NCBI GenBank assembly: GCA_963701965.1
Contig: OY969695.1
Location: 928,001-992,000, forward strand
Reading direction: 5' to 3'
From: an uncultured Gemmatimonadales bacterium
GTDB taxonomy: Bacteria; Gemmatimonadota; Gemmatimonadetes; Gemmatimonadales; Gemmatimonadaceae
Length of the DNA: 64,000 nucleotides
Below, piece after piece: positions 20,454 to 31,215 of the stretch. The notes under the pieces were generated by a model. That model saw only the letters and a program-made list of their open reading frames with translations. It made no database searches and was not told where the DNA came from. A program made the position numbers and the translations under genes. How positions within the stretch are numbered: the stretch's first letter is position 1; every line of letters begins with the position of its first letter.

Positions 20454-20811
20454 CGCGCCGATCAAGCCGCGGCCGCGGGTCGCCGACCTTCGCAAGACGC
20501 TAAGTATCCGTGTAGAGTGTTCGTGGAGAGCAGGCACCGCCGCGGGCGAGGTCCCGCGGGCGGCGACCTCACGCATGATCCCAAAAGTGCCTTCCCAGAA
20601 CGCCTATGAGGACGAGCAGCGTCCCAAGGACGCAAGCGATTCGTCGCGCATCGTCCGCACGGTGCCCGCGCCGTCGCTTTTTGTATCTGTCACGCTGATT
20701 CTCGCCGCACTGAACACGACGGGCATGTTCGCGTTACCTTCCTTCACACGAAGGATCGTGCACATGGTCTGTCCCGGCCTTCCGGCTGCGGTAACAGGGA
20801 GAAAGTAGCAC

Positions 20812-21534
20812 ATGGGCAAACCGCTAGATGTTGGGGGCGCGCAGGGTAACGACAGGCCAGTATCGCAGCGCGTTCTTGATGAATGGGTGGCGCTTCGCGA
20901 GCGAGGGGCGCTCATGCCGCTCCTGCCCTCGTGCCGCGATATCCGCCACCAGCGCAGTTATGGGCCAGTGAGCAGTGTCGGCTATGTCACTAAGGACTAC
21001 CACGTTCGGCGGTCTGTGGTTCTACCAAACGCGTGGCACGACGGAACCGTTGTTAGTATCGACCTGGTGGAGACCTACTGGTCGATCCGCACAGCCGGTG
21101 GCGTCCAGGATGTTGCATGGCCTCCTAGCCTCAACGTGCACGCCCTGTTGGTAACTGACAACGCGATCGATGCCGCGCTGATCGACCAGCTCTACCGGTC
21201 GGTCTTGGCCCTCCAGGCGGCCGTCGGTGCAGGCGGGATTGGAGAACTCACAACATCGGGCGTGGACGTGTCGTTCTATGTCCGCGGTGTGGTAATTGGA
21301 TCCGCCATCGCAGATATCGGGCATGTGATAGGCGCGCTGGCCCGGCACACTGATGTTCCGATTGCACTCGCTACTGCGACGTATTCGCCCGAGGATGGCA
21401 TCGTTATCCACGATACGGATGACGCGGAGCGCTACTTTCGCGTCGACCACCAATCCGCCATGGTCTACGGGCGGGATCTTGTCGGCAACGACGAGTTGGT
21501 CCGAACCCGTGGATTCTGGACCGTCGTGGAGTAG
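20812..21534 (+). CDS. Hypothetical protein
   Basis: 240-aa ORF with RBS GGGAG and globular-protein composition. Confidence 0.6.
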   Translation: MGKPLDVGGAQGNDRPVSQRVLDEWVALRERGALMPLLPSCRDIRHQRSYGPVSSVGYVTKDYHVRRSVVLPNAWHDGTVVSIDLVETYWSIRTAGGVQDVAWPPSLNVHALLVTDNAIDAALIDQLYRSVLALQAAVGAGGIGELTTSGVDVSFYVRGVVIGSAIADIGHVIGALARHTDVPIALATATYSPEDGIVIHDTDDAERYFRVDHQSAMVYGRDLVGNDELVRTRGFWTVVE

Positions 21535-21618
21535 AAATCGATCGTGGTACGCCGTACAGCACGCGGGCGGACTGGTCAACCCTCGCGTGCGACGTTGAAG
21601 CCAACAACCTGTGAATCA

Positions 21619-22233
21619 TTAGCGTGCAAGAGACCGAACAGCTGTGGCGGGAGCCGAATCGATATGGCAACTGTAACGGCCGGACTCCGGACGCCAGTCG
21701 TAGAATAGGCCCGCCTGTCCCGTGCTGACTGTAAGAGCGTCGCTTTCACGGATTCTCAGTGTCGACGTGTGCAGCTTAATTGGTTCCCGTCGACGGAAGA
21801 GTGTAGCAAATACATCGACGGTATAATCACCTTCCCGAAAGACAAATTCTGTTCCGTCAGGCGGAAGGAGGAAATGATGGTTGCAGGTTATTCCGCTCTC
21901 CGAAACGTGAAGCCCGCTGCCGCGCGCTAGCTCCCGCTCACCTAAGACCCAGACATTAAATGCTTGGACCGTGTCGCCGCACCTGAGACGAATGAACATG
22001 CTTTCGATGACGTTCCCTCGCTTTCCGCTGCTAAACAGCAGAGTGCGGAGATAAACCTTAGGCTGGAGCTTTGCCGCATCGCTTCTCGCGCTGCGATCAT
22101 AGCCGAAATGCACTAATGTCGGCTGCGTCATGTACACGTTGCCCCGTCGCCACATGGTGGCCCATGCGGTCACGAGTGATACAGCGAGTGCAATTGCTGA
22201 GAGTCCGACCGTAGCGATGTCTTTGACGTCCAC
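21619..22233 (-). CDS. Hypothetical protein with N-terminal membrane anchor
   Basis: 204 aa; a TM helix followed by a beta-rich domain. Confidence 0.7.
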   Translation of the reverse strand: MDVKDIATVGLSAIALAVSLVTAWATMWRRGNVYMTQPTLVHFGYDRSARSDAAKLQPKVYLRTLLFSSGKRGNVIESMFIRLRCGDTVQAFNVWVLGERELARGSGLHVSESGITCNHHFLLPPDGTEFVFREGDYTVDVFATLFRRREPIKLHTSTLRIRESDALTVSTGQAGLFYDWRPESGRYSCHIDSAPATAVRSLAR

Positions 22234-22503
22234 TCACCGCTCCTCAGCGACAATCGGTGCGTCCGGTTCTTCTGCGAAACGGTACGCCCTATTTCGGTAC
22301 TCGATGACGCCTCCATTCCGCTCTTCGATCGCGCCAACGACCCTCGCTCTTGCCTCGTCCTTCTTGTGTTGCGATGAGGATCGATAGCCGTTGTCGGCCA
22401 GCAGCGACCGGATGCTCAGGTTTCGCCAGATCTTGCCGTCGAAGATCGACGCGGTGAAGTAGCCAGCGGTTGGTGAGAGGCTTGGGGCCTGCGTGCTGTT
22501 CAT
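22234..22503 (-). CDS. Hypothetical protein
   Basis: 89 aa; abuts the downstream gene. Confidence 0.55.
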   Translation of the reverse strand: MNSTQAPSLSPTAGYFTASIFDGKIWRNLSIRSLLADNGYRSSSQHKKDEARARVVGAIEERNGGVIEYRNRAYRFAEEPDAPIVAEER

Positions 22504-22596
22504 AGCCGTCGAACTATTGGGACCCGACCCTGTACATCGGACCCGATGGCGACTTCCACGAACGAATTCGTTATTTGCACCGACCTACCGCGCCCC

Positions 22597-22857
22597 CTAG
22601 TTCTTGCGCTGCTTGCGTGGTGCGTGGGGTTGCGACACCGTCGGATCGTCCGGCACGTACTCAATGACGTCGCCCGGTGTGACTTCGAGGATTTCGCACA
22701 CGCGATTGAGTAGGCTTGCACTAACGCGCCGAAAGCGGCCGTCCTTCGGAAATGCGGTGACTACCGAGTGCGGGTGCCTGTACCCCAGGAGCTTTCCGAA
22801 CCGGTAGAGAGTCATCCCTTTCGCTGCCAGGACATCCCGCACCCGCCACCGCACCAT
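22597..22857 (-). CDS. Cro/C1-type (HTH_26-like) regulator
   Basis: VRDVLAAKGMTLYRF..LLNRVCEILEVTPGDVIEYVPD. Confidence 0.85.
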   Translation of the reverse strand: MVRWRVRDVLAAKGMTLYRFGKLLGYRHPHSVVTAFPKDGRFRRVSASLLNRVCEILEVTPGDVIEYVPDDPTVSQPHAPRKQRKN

Positions 22858-22916
22858 GCGCCGTTCTCCGGATGAGATTGTCTTCCCCGGAGGCGGAATC
22901 TCAGCGGATCGCGAGC

Positions 22917-22970
22917 GTTGACAATAAGTACTCTGTCAACGTATATACTCTGTCAGAGTACTGCTCAACG
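22917..22970. promoter_or_regulatory. Divergent promoter/operator region
   Basis: Inverted repeat GTTGACA-N10-TGTCAAC, direct repeat TACTCTGTCA x2, and TATATACT. Confidence 0.65.
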
Positions 22971-23098
22971 AGATTCTGACCGTGTCTATGCCATATCTAG
23001 AGCGGAAAACCGAGGGCGCCCCTGGGGCGGCGCGCGGACGTCCAATGCGATCGACTGTCGTTTCGCGGCATCGGAGCCGAGCCTAGTGAGCGCCGCTG

Positions 23099-23383
23099 AT
23101 GCCGCTTAAGAGCCGAGAGTATTGGCGCCTAATGACCATGGTTGAAGAACTGGCCGAGCAAGGGGACCCCTGGGAAGAAGGCAACCGGGCGCTCGTGGGC
23201 TGGCTCTGGAAGCTGCATATGAGCGGACGGCGGCTCGCCGAACGTACAGCCGCGTTGATCGCGCGCGAAGATCGACGACAGAAGCTGTTCCTCGGGCGCG
23301 TGGATCGCTGGCGCGGATCAGGGTCGGCGGTCGCTGGCGGCTCTAACGGTCAGAAGAAAAAAGTCTTGGTGATCCCTAGCTAG
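23099..23383 (+). CDS. Hypothetical protein
   Basis: 94-aa helical ORF. Confidence 0.5.
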   Translation: MPLKSREYWRLMTMVEELAEQGDPWEEGNRALVGWLWKLHMSGRRLAERTAALIAREDRRQKLFLGRVDRWRGSGSAVAGGSNGQKKKVLVIPS

Positions 23384-23425
23384 GGATTCGCGTTGTGGTC
23401 ACAACGTATCGCCGGAGATCGAAGG

Positions 23426-23635
23426 ATGACGCCCCTAGAGCGCAAAGCAGCGTTCAAGGCCACAGTAACAATGCTAGAGACGACGGGTGCGAAAGCGGTC
23501 AAGCAACTCGGCGTCTCCTACAATCACCTCAGTTTGGTGCTGCAGGGCAAGCGCGTCGGGTCGAAGCGGCTGCGAATGGCATTTGCGAAATTCATTGATC
23601 GTCCTGAGCGCGACGTTTTCGGTTCGACCCGCTGA
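23426..23635 (+). CDS. Small HTH protein, paralog of 15801-16406
   Basis: AVKQLGVSYNHLSLVLQGKRVGSKRLRMAFAKFIDRP. Confidence 0.75.
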   Translation: MTPLERKAAFKATVTMLETTGAKAVKQLGVSYNHLSLVLQGKRVGSKRLRMAFAKFIDRPERDVFGSTR

Positions 23636-23649
23636 GTGAATCCCGACCA

Positions 23650-24141
23650 ATGTTGCCCGAGGAGCCCCCGTTTTGGGATGCCTTCTTCGCAAGGGCCGAC
23701 CACGCGCTACTAGGTCTGGTTACTGCCGCAGCCACCACCATGTTCCTGCTGAGCATGTGGGTGGCCACAAGCTGGCTTGTCGACGCGGGCCACGACGGTG
23801 CTGCACTTCTGCTGTTTGGATTTTACGTCATGGTTTCCTGGCCGATCTTCCTGATCCAATTCGCTCTCCTGGGCGATCCTCTTTTCGTCCTGTTGACTGG
23901 CCGTGCCGTAGTCGTCCCCGCACTTGAGGCAATCGCCCAGGGGCCGACGGAGAGCGGTCCTGTACGGGCGTTGGTCGCTTTTCTAAGCGCGGTTTCGCCT
24001 TTGGCTCCGCTATCGCTGTGGGCTTGGAGTGTCGCAGCGCCCACGTGGCGCGCCGGTCGCCTAGCACGGACGAAGTACCGCGTTGAAGCGGTCATCACAG
24101 TCGCCGTGATTAGAAAACTGCTTCGGCTCAACCCTTCCTGA
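23650..24141 (+). CDS. Hypothetical membrane protein
   Basis: Multiple hydrophobic segments. Confidence 0.55.
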   Translation: MLPEEPPFWDAFFARADHALLGLVTAAATTMFLLSMWVATSWLVDAGHDGAALLLFGFYVMVSWPIFLIQFALLGDPLFVLLTGRAVVVPALEAIAQGPTESGPVRALVAFLSAVSPLAPLSLWAWSVAAPTWRAGRLARTKYRVEAVITVAVIRKLLRLNPS

Positions 24142-24176
24142 GTCCACCGCAAACCGAACACTGCGTGGAGGGTCGG

Positions 24177-24425
24177 ATGGAACCCGATATCGAGTTTTTG
24201 TCCTTGCTGATTGCTGCCGCTGCGACGAGCCTCGCCAGCGGTCGAGCCTTCCATGTGCTGGTGTGCGGTCCGCCCGTCGGTCTGATCCCGTGGGTCGTGG
24301 TGGTCCACTTCGTCCTCGGACAGCTCGCCGCCATGCTCGTCGGCCTCTATGCGCTCTGGCTAGAGTGGGACCACATTTGGGCGACCCTTGGGACTCTCTG
24401 GAGCCTGTTGCGCGGGCGGGATTGA
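24177..24425 (+). CDS. Small membrane protein
   Basis: RBS GGAGG; two hydrophobic helices. Confidence 0.5.
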   Translation: MEPDIEFLSLLIAAAATSLASGRAFHVLVCGPPVGLIPWVVVVHFVLGQLAAMLVGLYALWLEWDHIWATLGTLWSLLRGRD

Positions 24426-24428
24426 CGC

Positions 24429-24752
24429 GTGCCGGCCCCACCGAATGACGAACCAGCGGTCATGAGATCCCTCAGTACGCGGGTCGCTGGTCCGACCATC
24501 GCGTCGTTGGCGCTGCGTGAGCTGCGTGGTCGCGAAGGATATTCCCAGGAACGACTGGCGGCGAAAGCACACGTGGCACGGGCATACGTCTCGCGCCTGG
24601 AGCGCGGCCTATTCAGTCCGACGTTCCGCATGCTAGCTAAGCTGCTCGCGGCAATGGGCCTTTCGTGGACGGCGTTCGGGGAGGTGGTTGACCGAACGAT
24701 CGAGCGGTTCCCGGCGAGCGAGCTGAAAGACTCGAAGCGACGTCGTGCGTGA
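24429..24752 (+). CDS. XRE-family HTH regulator
   Basis: LRELRGREGYSQERLAAKAHVARAYVSRLERGLFSPT. Confidence 0.9.
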   Translation: MPAPPNDEPAVMRSLSTRVAGPTIASLALRELRGREGYSQERLAAKAHVARAYVSRLERGLFSPTFRMLAKLLAAMGLSWTAFGEVVDRTIERFPASELKDSKRRRA

Positions 24753-24969
24753 CGCGATCAGCGTCACCGCCGGCGCGGAACTGGAAGGCCACGGCCGCGC
24801 AGCCGCGCGGGCGCGAACGTCTCAATACCGGCCGTCGCCACCCGGGCGCGCCGCGCACCGCGGGGTTGCCCGCCCGAACGGACCCCCAGCCGCATGGCAA
24901 GGACGAATGGGTATGTATGGCATGTCGGACGCCGTTCCGGGACAGCTCGTGGGTTCGCAACTCCAGCGG

Positions 24970-25416
24970 CTACGGCGATTCCGAGTCGTAGTATCCCTCA
25001 ATCCCCCAACGGACAACATCCTCGATCAGTGCCCGCTCCTCGGACCATTCCAACGAATCGGCTTTGTCTATTGGCAACAACTCCTTCACGATCACCACCA
25101 TGCCTTCGGGCGGCGTGCCACGCACGCGTTCAGCGTGCGCGAGCTGCGCAACAAGCCCACGCAACTCGCTGCGCTCGCTGCTGGTGTCATGGAGGAATGC
25201 TTCTGACCAGGTCACTTGCCTGGCGCTGTCGCGCACCAACACCGGCGCACCGTGCGACCTCGCCGCGCAAATGGCGGCAACCAGGCGCGTCAAGACTAGG
25301 CGGGCTGCACTCACGAGCTGAGTGTCCGAATTGCGGCGGCCCCAAACCGTTTCGGTGGTCTCGCACCTGCGTCGATTGGGACGGTTGTATCCCGGCACCT
25401 CAACAAACTGCGCCAT
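24970..25416 (-). CDS. Hypothetical protein
   Basis: Helical C-terminus ..PPEGMVVIVKELL..VVRWGIEGYY; start uncertain. Confidence 0.55.
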   Translation of the reverse strand: MAQFVEVPGYNRPNRRRCETTETVWGRRNSDTQLVSAARLVLTRLVAAICAARSHGAPVLVRDSARQVTWSEAFLHDTSSERSELRGLVAQLAHAERVRGTPPEGMVVIVKELLPIDKADSLEWSEERALIEDVVRWGIEGYYDSESP

Positions 25417-25996
25417 GGTAGCCCCGCGAGAGATTTTTACACTTAAGTGGGTGGCCACGCGGATGTCAACATCCACAGCTCGGCCTCTGGCTATTGAGAG
25501 CGAAGGGGCAAGCTCCTGCCTTATTCCGCCGCGCGTTCCAGTCTTTCGGGACCTTGTACCAGCAGTCACTGTCCTGGCGCGGATGTGACGACTGAGAGGT
25601 GGACCCGGCCGGGTGGATCTTCTTCGATCCGGCTGGAATGGTGATTTCTTGGAACGAAGGCGCGCGGTAGACGGTGGCTCATTCGACCGCGGATGTGGCG
25701 ATCCCCGCTGTGAGACAGCGGACATTACCGCTTACCGGTCCGTATCGAACGGGGAGGCCGGTTTTCCGCGACGGATCCCTTGGCTTGCGTCGGCCGGAGC
25801 TTGCACATTGGGTCCTGCGGATCGGGTCGAGGCGTGGGGTTACTTAGGTAGGAGAGCCACGGGATCACGGCTTTCCCCCTGTGCGAGCTAGTAGAGAGAT
25901 GCCTCCTCCGCAAACCGCCGCGGAGTTGCCTCTCTCTACGCTCGCCCCCATTCGCGCCTTGCGGCGCTCAAGGGGGACTACAACCCGCAATGGACC

Positions 25997-26326
25997 ATGC
26001 GCCGGACGTACCGCGTCGTCATCCGCTACCACGCCACCGAGCTGGAGTCCGTGCAAGAGCGCGCCAGAGTGTGCGGCTGTCCGCTGGCGCGGTATGTCCG
26101 CGAAGCCTCCCTCGGTGCCGTCCTGCGGGAGCGCCGTCACCGCGCGACGGATGAGGTGATCCGCCATCTCGCGCGCATCGGGAACAACCTTAATCAGCTT
26201 GCGCGCGAAGCGAACGCACGAGATCGGTACCCGATGGAGGCCCGGATAGACGCAACCATTGACGAGCTCCGCGGGGCGATCCACGGCATCACGACGACGG
26301 ATGCCAGCCAGGGAACCCCAGAGTGA
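25997..26326 (+). CDS. mobC: Relaxosome accessory protein MobC
   Basis: RHH-like N-terminus and LARIGNNLNQLAR motif; overlaps the relaxase start. Confidence 0.92.
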   Translation: MRRTYRVVIRYHATELESVQERARVCGCPLARYVREASLGAVLRERRHRATDEVIRHLARIGNNLNQLAREANARDRYPMEARIDATIDELRGAIHGITTTDASQGTPE

Positions 26327-27891
26327 TTGCCGTGGCAAGGAGCGGGCGCCGCTTTGCGGGCCTCACCCGGTATCTAGAGCGGGGACGGGATGGCACGAAT
26401 CCCGATCGAGTGGCCTGGACCACGACCCGTAACCTGATCGTCGACGAGCCGCTTGTCGCCGCGCGCGTCATGCAAGCAACGGCCGCCGAGAATGCCCGCG
26501 TCACGCATCCTGTCTACCACGTCGCCGTCTCATTTCATCCTGACGACGTGGTCGATCGTCAGACCATGGAGCGGGTCGCCGACTATCTGCTGCGTGAGCT
26601 GGGCCTCGCAGGGCACCAGACGCTTATCGTTGCGCACCGCGATCGGTCACACGCCCACATGCACATTGTCGTGAACCGCATCCATCCCGAGACCGGCAAG
26701 GCATGGGATAGGTGGCAAGACCGGGTGACGACACAGCGTGTCTTGCGTGAGGAAGAACGCGCCCTCGGCCTGCGAGAGGTTCGCGGCCGACTCCATCAGT
26801 TGCCTGGTCAGGACGTGCCGGAGCGTACCGCCGCAAGCCGCGGAGAGCACCGGACGACGGAACGCACAGGGGAGGCGCCATTGGTCGCGCGTCTCCGCGA
26901 GCGCCTGCCGTACTACCGCGCCGCAGGCACCTGGGGCGAACTGGAGACCCGGCTGGCCGCTAACGGCTTGCGGCTCGAACGAAAGGGACAGGGGCTGGTC
27001 ATCACCGATGGCGAACACGAAGTGAAGGCTTCGCGAATCGGACGAGACTTTTCGTTCGCGCGCCTCCAGGAACGTCTCGGCCCGTACGAGCGTCGCACGC
27101 CGGAGCGCCCCGTCGTCGCGCCCGCCGGCCCGCATACCGGCATGGGGACAGAGCACGCGATGTCCCTCCCTGACCCGGTCGCCGAAGCGCTATCCCGGAC
27201 GCGGGGGGCCGAACGGGCCGCAGAACTCGACCGTGCCATCGCGCGAGCCAAGCATGACGCGGAGGCGGCTGAGAAGTACCTCGCCGGCGTCACCTGGGCA
27301 GAGGCGCGGGCCACGGCCGCCGCGGCCGAGTTTGATCGCGCTCTCGGAAAACTCTACGTTCGCCCCGACGATGCCCGCGAGCTGTTCGACTCGGCGGTGA
27401 AAGCATCGGGCCGAGACGCCGCCGCCCGCGATTTGGCCGAGAACCCGCGCGCGTACGGGCCGCTGCGCCGGCAAGAACGCACTATCATCGGTGTGCTCCG
27501 AGTCGCTGACGATCGCCGGGGCGAGGCCCGAGCAGCGCAAGCGGCCCGTGCGGGGCGTGACGCGGCCCTCGCCGCGGACCGGCTGCGCGCACGTATCTGG
27601 AATGCGCCACCTGCCATGCCGCGCCCGAACGAGACCTGTACAAACGCGCACGTGCACGCCTTGACGCATGGTGCTAGTCGGCTGCGTTGGGCGGAGCGTC
27701 GAAGAACGAGTCTCAAGTCGAAGCGCATGGAATTCGCGTCTGCAGCGACGCTCGGACACCAGCTAGCTCACGTAGCTCGAGTGTTGACACCGAGCGATCT
27801 ACGGCGCGCTACGCTTTGGCTGACTGCTCCACAGATGGCATTGGTCAATTCCGCCAACAGCATCATCCGTCAAATTGCAATCGGCAGATAA
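26323..27891 (+). CDS. Relaxase (MOBP-like)
   Basis: LTRYL, VYHVAVSFHPDD and AHRDRSHAHMHIVVNRIHP (HUH motif). Confidence 0.92.
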   Translation: MIAVARSGRRFAGLTRYLERGRDGTNPDRVAWTTTRNLIVDEPLVAARVMQATAAENARVTHPVYHVAVSFHPDDVVDRQTMERVADYLLRELGLAGHQTLIVAHRDRSHAHMHIVVNRIHPETGKAWDRWQDRVTTQRVLREEERALGLREVRGRLHQLPGQDVPERTAASRGEHRTTERTGEAPLVARLRERLPYYRAAGTWGELETRLAANGLRLERKGQGLVITDGEHEVKASRIGRDFSFARLQERLGPYERRTPERPVVAPAGPHTGMGTEHAMSLPDPVAEALSRTRGAERAAELDRAIARAKHDAEAAEKYLAGVTWAEARATAAAAEFDRALGKLYVRPDDARELFDSAVKASGRDAAARDLAENPRAYGPLRRQERTIIGVLRVADDRRGEARAAQAARAGRDAALAADRLRARIWNAPPAMPRPNETCTNAHVHALTHGASRLRWAERRRTSLKSKRMEFASAATLGHQLAHVARVLTPSDLRRATLWLTAPQMALVNSANSIIRQIAIGR

Positions 27892-27984
27892 AGACCTTAA
27901 GACTGTCGTCCCGGTCTTACTCGCATCGACGCGGTCGCGGTCGGGCAGAACAATATTTAGTTGAGTGGCATGCAGGCGAGATGG

Positions 27985-28764
27985 TCAGACCTGCCGTCGT
28001 GACCACACGGCTTTCGCAGTCGCTCGCACTTGGTCTAGCGAGCAAGGACCGAGGCTCCGAATCCATTCAATCATTGAACGGGTATGCTCACTGAGTCGAC
28101 TCTGAGAAATCTGCACATAGTACGCCCCTTGAGGACCGTATCGCCCTGTGTCCGTACGGATGCGATTCCACACCCGCATCCTGCGTCGTCGCTCTGCGCG
28201 CTCGGTTGCGTCCAACCCGTCATCATCGACATCCTCTTCGACGCAGTCGTCGATCTCCCCTCGATCAACCTCATCCTCCTGTCGCCAGATGGCAGCGCAC
28301 AAGGACCATTGATGAGGGTGGAAGCTCAGGTCGCGGGTCCCTTTATGCGCGAGACGTTCCAATATTGACCGGCCGCGTTCACTGAACAGTGACGGCTCAA
28401 CGCGTGCGATCAGCAACAGCGTGTCGTGCGGGTAGTTGTAAAGATCGGCCGCACGCACGTGGATCATTACGTCTACGGCTTCGGCGGCGAGAATCGCCGC
28501 ATCGCGCCATTCGTCATGTTCAGGTTCGTGGTAATCGCGCCCATCGACTTCAAAGCCAATACGACGGTCATCCACACGCACGACGTAGTCAATCACGAAC
28601 GGTCCACACAAAGTGTCAACCGGCTCGTGGTCCACATAGCTGACGCCGGATTGCAGTACCTTCGTGATATGATGTAGGAACCGTTCCTCTGCCGGACTAT
28701 CAAATGGGCCAGTCGGCATTGGACTGAGCGGCGTTGGACCGAACAAATCGAAAAGACCGCTCAC
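27985..28764 (-). CDS. PD-(D/E)XK-like nuclease (DUF559/Vsr-like)
   Basis: DSPAEERF..FVIDY..IGFEVDGRDYH..DEWRD. Confidence 0.7.
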   Translation of the reverse strand: MSGLFDLFGPTPLSPMPTGPFDSPAEERFLHHITKVLQSGVSYVDHEPVDTLCGPFVIDYVVRVDDRRIGFEVDGRDYHEPEHDEWRDAAILAAEAVDVMIHVRAADLYNYPHDTLLLIARVEPSLFSERGRSILERLAHKGTRDLSFHPHQWSLCAAIWRQEDEVDRGEIDDCVEEDVDDDGLDATERAERRRRMRVWNRIRTDTGRYGPQGAYYVQISQSRLSEHTRSMIEWIRSLGPCSLDQVRATAKAVWSRRQV

Positions 28765-28810
28765 GACTGACGGCTCGTGTAAGTGTCCAGATGGTTCATG
28801 ACAGTCGGCG

Positions 28811-29275
28811 TTATGCGGCCATCGGCAGTTCGTCGTGGTGCTGCCAGTAGAACATTCGCGTTTCGCCGATCACATTGCCGAGCGTCGGCCAGTCTCCATC
28901 AGTGGAGCTTTCAATCGTCCCCGAATCGTCCGGCACGTTCCACTGGTACGTGTGGCGGTGATGCTGCGGCCGATGCTGGTGAGGACTGTCGTACCGAAAG
29001 ACATTGCCGAACGTCGCGATCGAGACGTTGTAGCTGTACGTGAACGTCTGAACCATGAATCGACTCCCTTGGCGCCAAACGTCCAAGCTCTTACCGACAT
29101 CGATCTGCAACCCACCAAGGCAGCGGATTGTGCCGCTGATGTACAGGTAACCGGCGTACGGCGAGGAGGTCAGATCATCAGCCAGAACGAATCCAACATC
29201 AACAAACTGGCCCATGACGGTGGTGTGTGTCTCGACGTAGTTGGTCCACGAATTAGGGCTGTGTTTGTCTCCCAT
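28811..29275 (-). CDS. Putative toxin, TumE/DUF6516-like
   Basis: YSYN..FRYDSPH..PQHHRH motif; downstream of an overlapping small gene. Confidence 0.7.
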   Translation of the reverse strand: MGDKHSPNSWTNYVETHTTVMGQFVDVGFVLADDLTSSPYAGYLYISGTIRCLGGLQIDVGKSLDVWRQGSRFMVQTFTYSYNVSIATFGNVFRYDSPHQHRPQHHRHTYQWNVPDDSGTIESSTDGDWPTLGNVIGETRMFYWQHHDELPMAA

Positions 29276-29564
29276 GTTCCCGTACCGAGATAAGGAAAAG
29301 CCAGCGCGATATATCCACGGTTTCCGATACTTGGCCCGTCTCCAACCTTTGTGTCAGTTCCTCGCAGGTCATTTTGTAGAGGAACTCGTATCTGCGGATG
29401 GCCTCGGCCACTGCGCGGTCGGGCACCTCACCGGCCGCCATTGCTTCCGCCGCTGACTGCTCCAACGCGGCGAGACGATCGTCCTTCGCCGCGCGTATGT
29501 CAGCGGTCCGTAAACTCCGAGCTTCCTTCTCCGCCGAGTCCGAATCGCGCATGATGTCGATCAT
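29253..29564 (-). CDS. Putative antitoxin, TumA-like
   Basis: IRRYEFLYKMTCEEL..LETG..DISRW pattern; overlaps the toxin gene. Confidence 0.6.
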   Translation of the reverse strand: MIDIMRDSDSAEKEARSLRTADIRAAKDDRLAALEQSAAEAMAAGEVPDRAVAEAIRRYEFLYKMTCEELTQRLETGQVSETVDISRWLFLISVREHGRQTQP

Positions 29565-29758
29565 GAAACAATACATCAGTTTGGTTCCCATAACAACTGA
29601 TAGAGGAGTAAAAGGAGCATACACTGTCCAAGGGACACCACGCTCGGACGCCCTGGCAGATCCAGCGCCTGCAAATCGCGTCGATCACCTGCATGTGCCC
29701 GGGACCCTGCCGGCGACTCAAACAGACAAGAAGACGATGGCGTCTATGTTGTGCGCGT

Positions 29759-29938
29759 ATGCCCGAGACGCCTAAGGCACCTGAACTCCGCGACCAGCGG
29801 CTGGTTATACGGCTGAGTCGGGCTGAGAAGAAGCGCATCGAGGACGCGGCCTGGGAAGACCGCTCCGACATGAGCAAATGGGCTCGCGACCTGCTCCTGG
29901 CCGAGGTTCATAAGCGAGAGCAGCGGAAGAAGAAGTAA
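29759..29938 (+). CDS. Small ribbon-helix-helix protein
   Basis: RLVIRLSRAEKKRIEDAA..MSKWARDLL. Confidence 0.7.
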   Translation: MPETPKAPELRDQRLVIRLSRAEKKRIEDAAWEDRSDMSKWARDLLLAEVHKREQRKKK

Positions 29939-29961
29939 CTCCCGCTCCGGAGAACCAGACC

Positions 29962-31190
29962 ATGGCTGCGGCCGACGGGACGCGTCATTGCATCTATTGT
30001 GACCGCGACAAACCCGAGGATGAGTTCTCACTCGAACACATCCTCCCGCATAGCATCGCGCGCGGACCTTTGAGTGACCGGCTTAAGACTGACCAAGTCT
30101 GTAAGTCTTGTAATCAGACGATAGGTCGATACGTCGACGCAAGCTTCCTGAAGAACTGGTTCCTAAAAGCAGAAGGCGCAGAGGCCGCGCGCCGATACGT
30201 CGACCTGTCGACTGGCTCATCATCCACTTTGCCCTTTCACTATGTTGGCGCAGTCAACTCATTGCCAATCGACGCCGACCAAGTGTGTGAGGTTTGGCTT
30301 GGACCATGTGGTGCTCGGGTTTATCACGTTCATCAGCGGAATGATCCGCAGTTTGATTCCTTCGCCGGCGGCAATGCTAAGAGTCGAAGAAAGGACCCCG
30401 GGCGCGCCTTTCTTATAATTACTGCGGATGACAGCGTGTGGATCCCGATAGTTCTGAGATCATTTCGAACCGAGTTTCGGGATGCGAAACGATATGCCGT
30501 TAACTTCGGCGTGGTTTCAGCAGATATCGCAGCTGGTCTCATTCAAGTACCAGACGGTGCAGCGACGATTTTAATCGAAGCGCTGAGGGCGGACCTCAAT
30601 TCAATGACGTCGTCCAGGCGATCCAGCAGGTGGGATTCGAGCATCGCTTCCTGGCCAAGCTTGCCCTGGGGCTTGGCTACAGGTTTCTCGGCAATGCGTT
30701 TCTAAGGACACCGTATGCGCAGGAGCTGCGAAAGGGTCTCTGGGAGCGGGACCCTGATAAGCGTCGCAAAATACCGATTCGCGGAACAGGCTTTTTAACG
30801 GACCTGCCTGAGCATGCGGCGGCGCAGGCGGAAATGCTCAGGTGGGATGGTGGTTACTTGCTCGTACTGCTCGCGGTGGGTTCGACGCTGGTGCTCACTA
30901 TGGTCCTACCAACTGGACGGATAATGAGCATCGTTGTCGCAAACGATCCAACACTCTGGCAGGGTGCCGAACACGCCGAGCTTCGTGAAGGAATTGTATT
31001 CGTGTCGGTGCCGCAGGTCGCGGTGGTCATCGGACCTCTGGCATTAGCAGAATACTTAGCTCACAAGGTAGGCGAGTACCGCTCGTCAGAACTTGAAAAG
31101 TTGGAAGAGCGACAAGTCGACCCAGCAAGCCTACCAAGAATGCCGCCGCGCCGACGAGATGACACTCCCGGTCGATTCCAGCGACGTGTA
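29962..31190 (+). CDS. HNH endonuclease domain protein, frameshift near 30610-30630, end approximate
   Basis: CIYC..SLEHILP..VCKSCNQTIG; continues in a second frame (RFLAKLALG). Confidence 0.75.
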
Positions 31191-31215
31191 GAGAGCCCCC
31201 GGGCCCAACTGAGGA

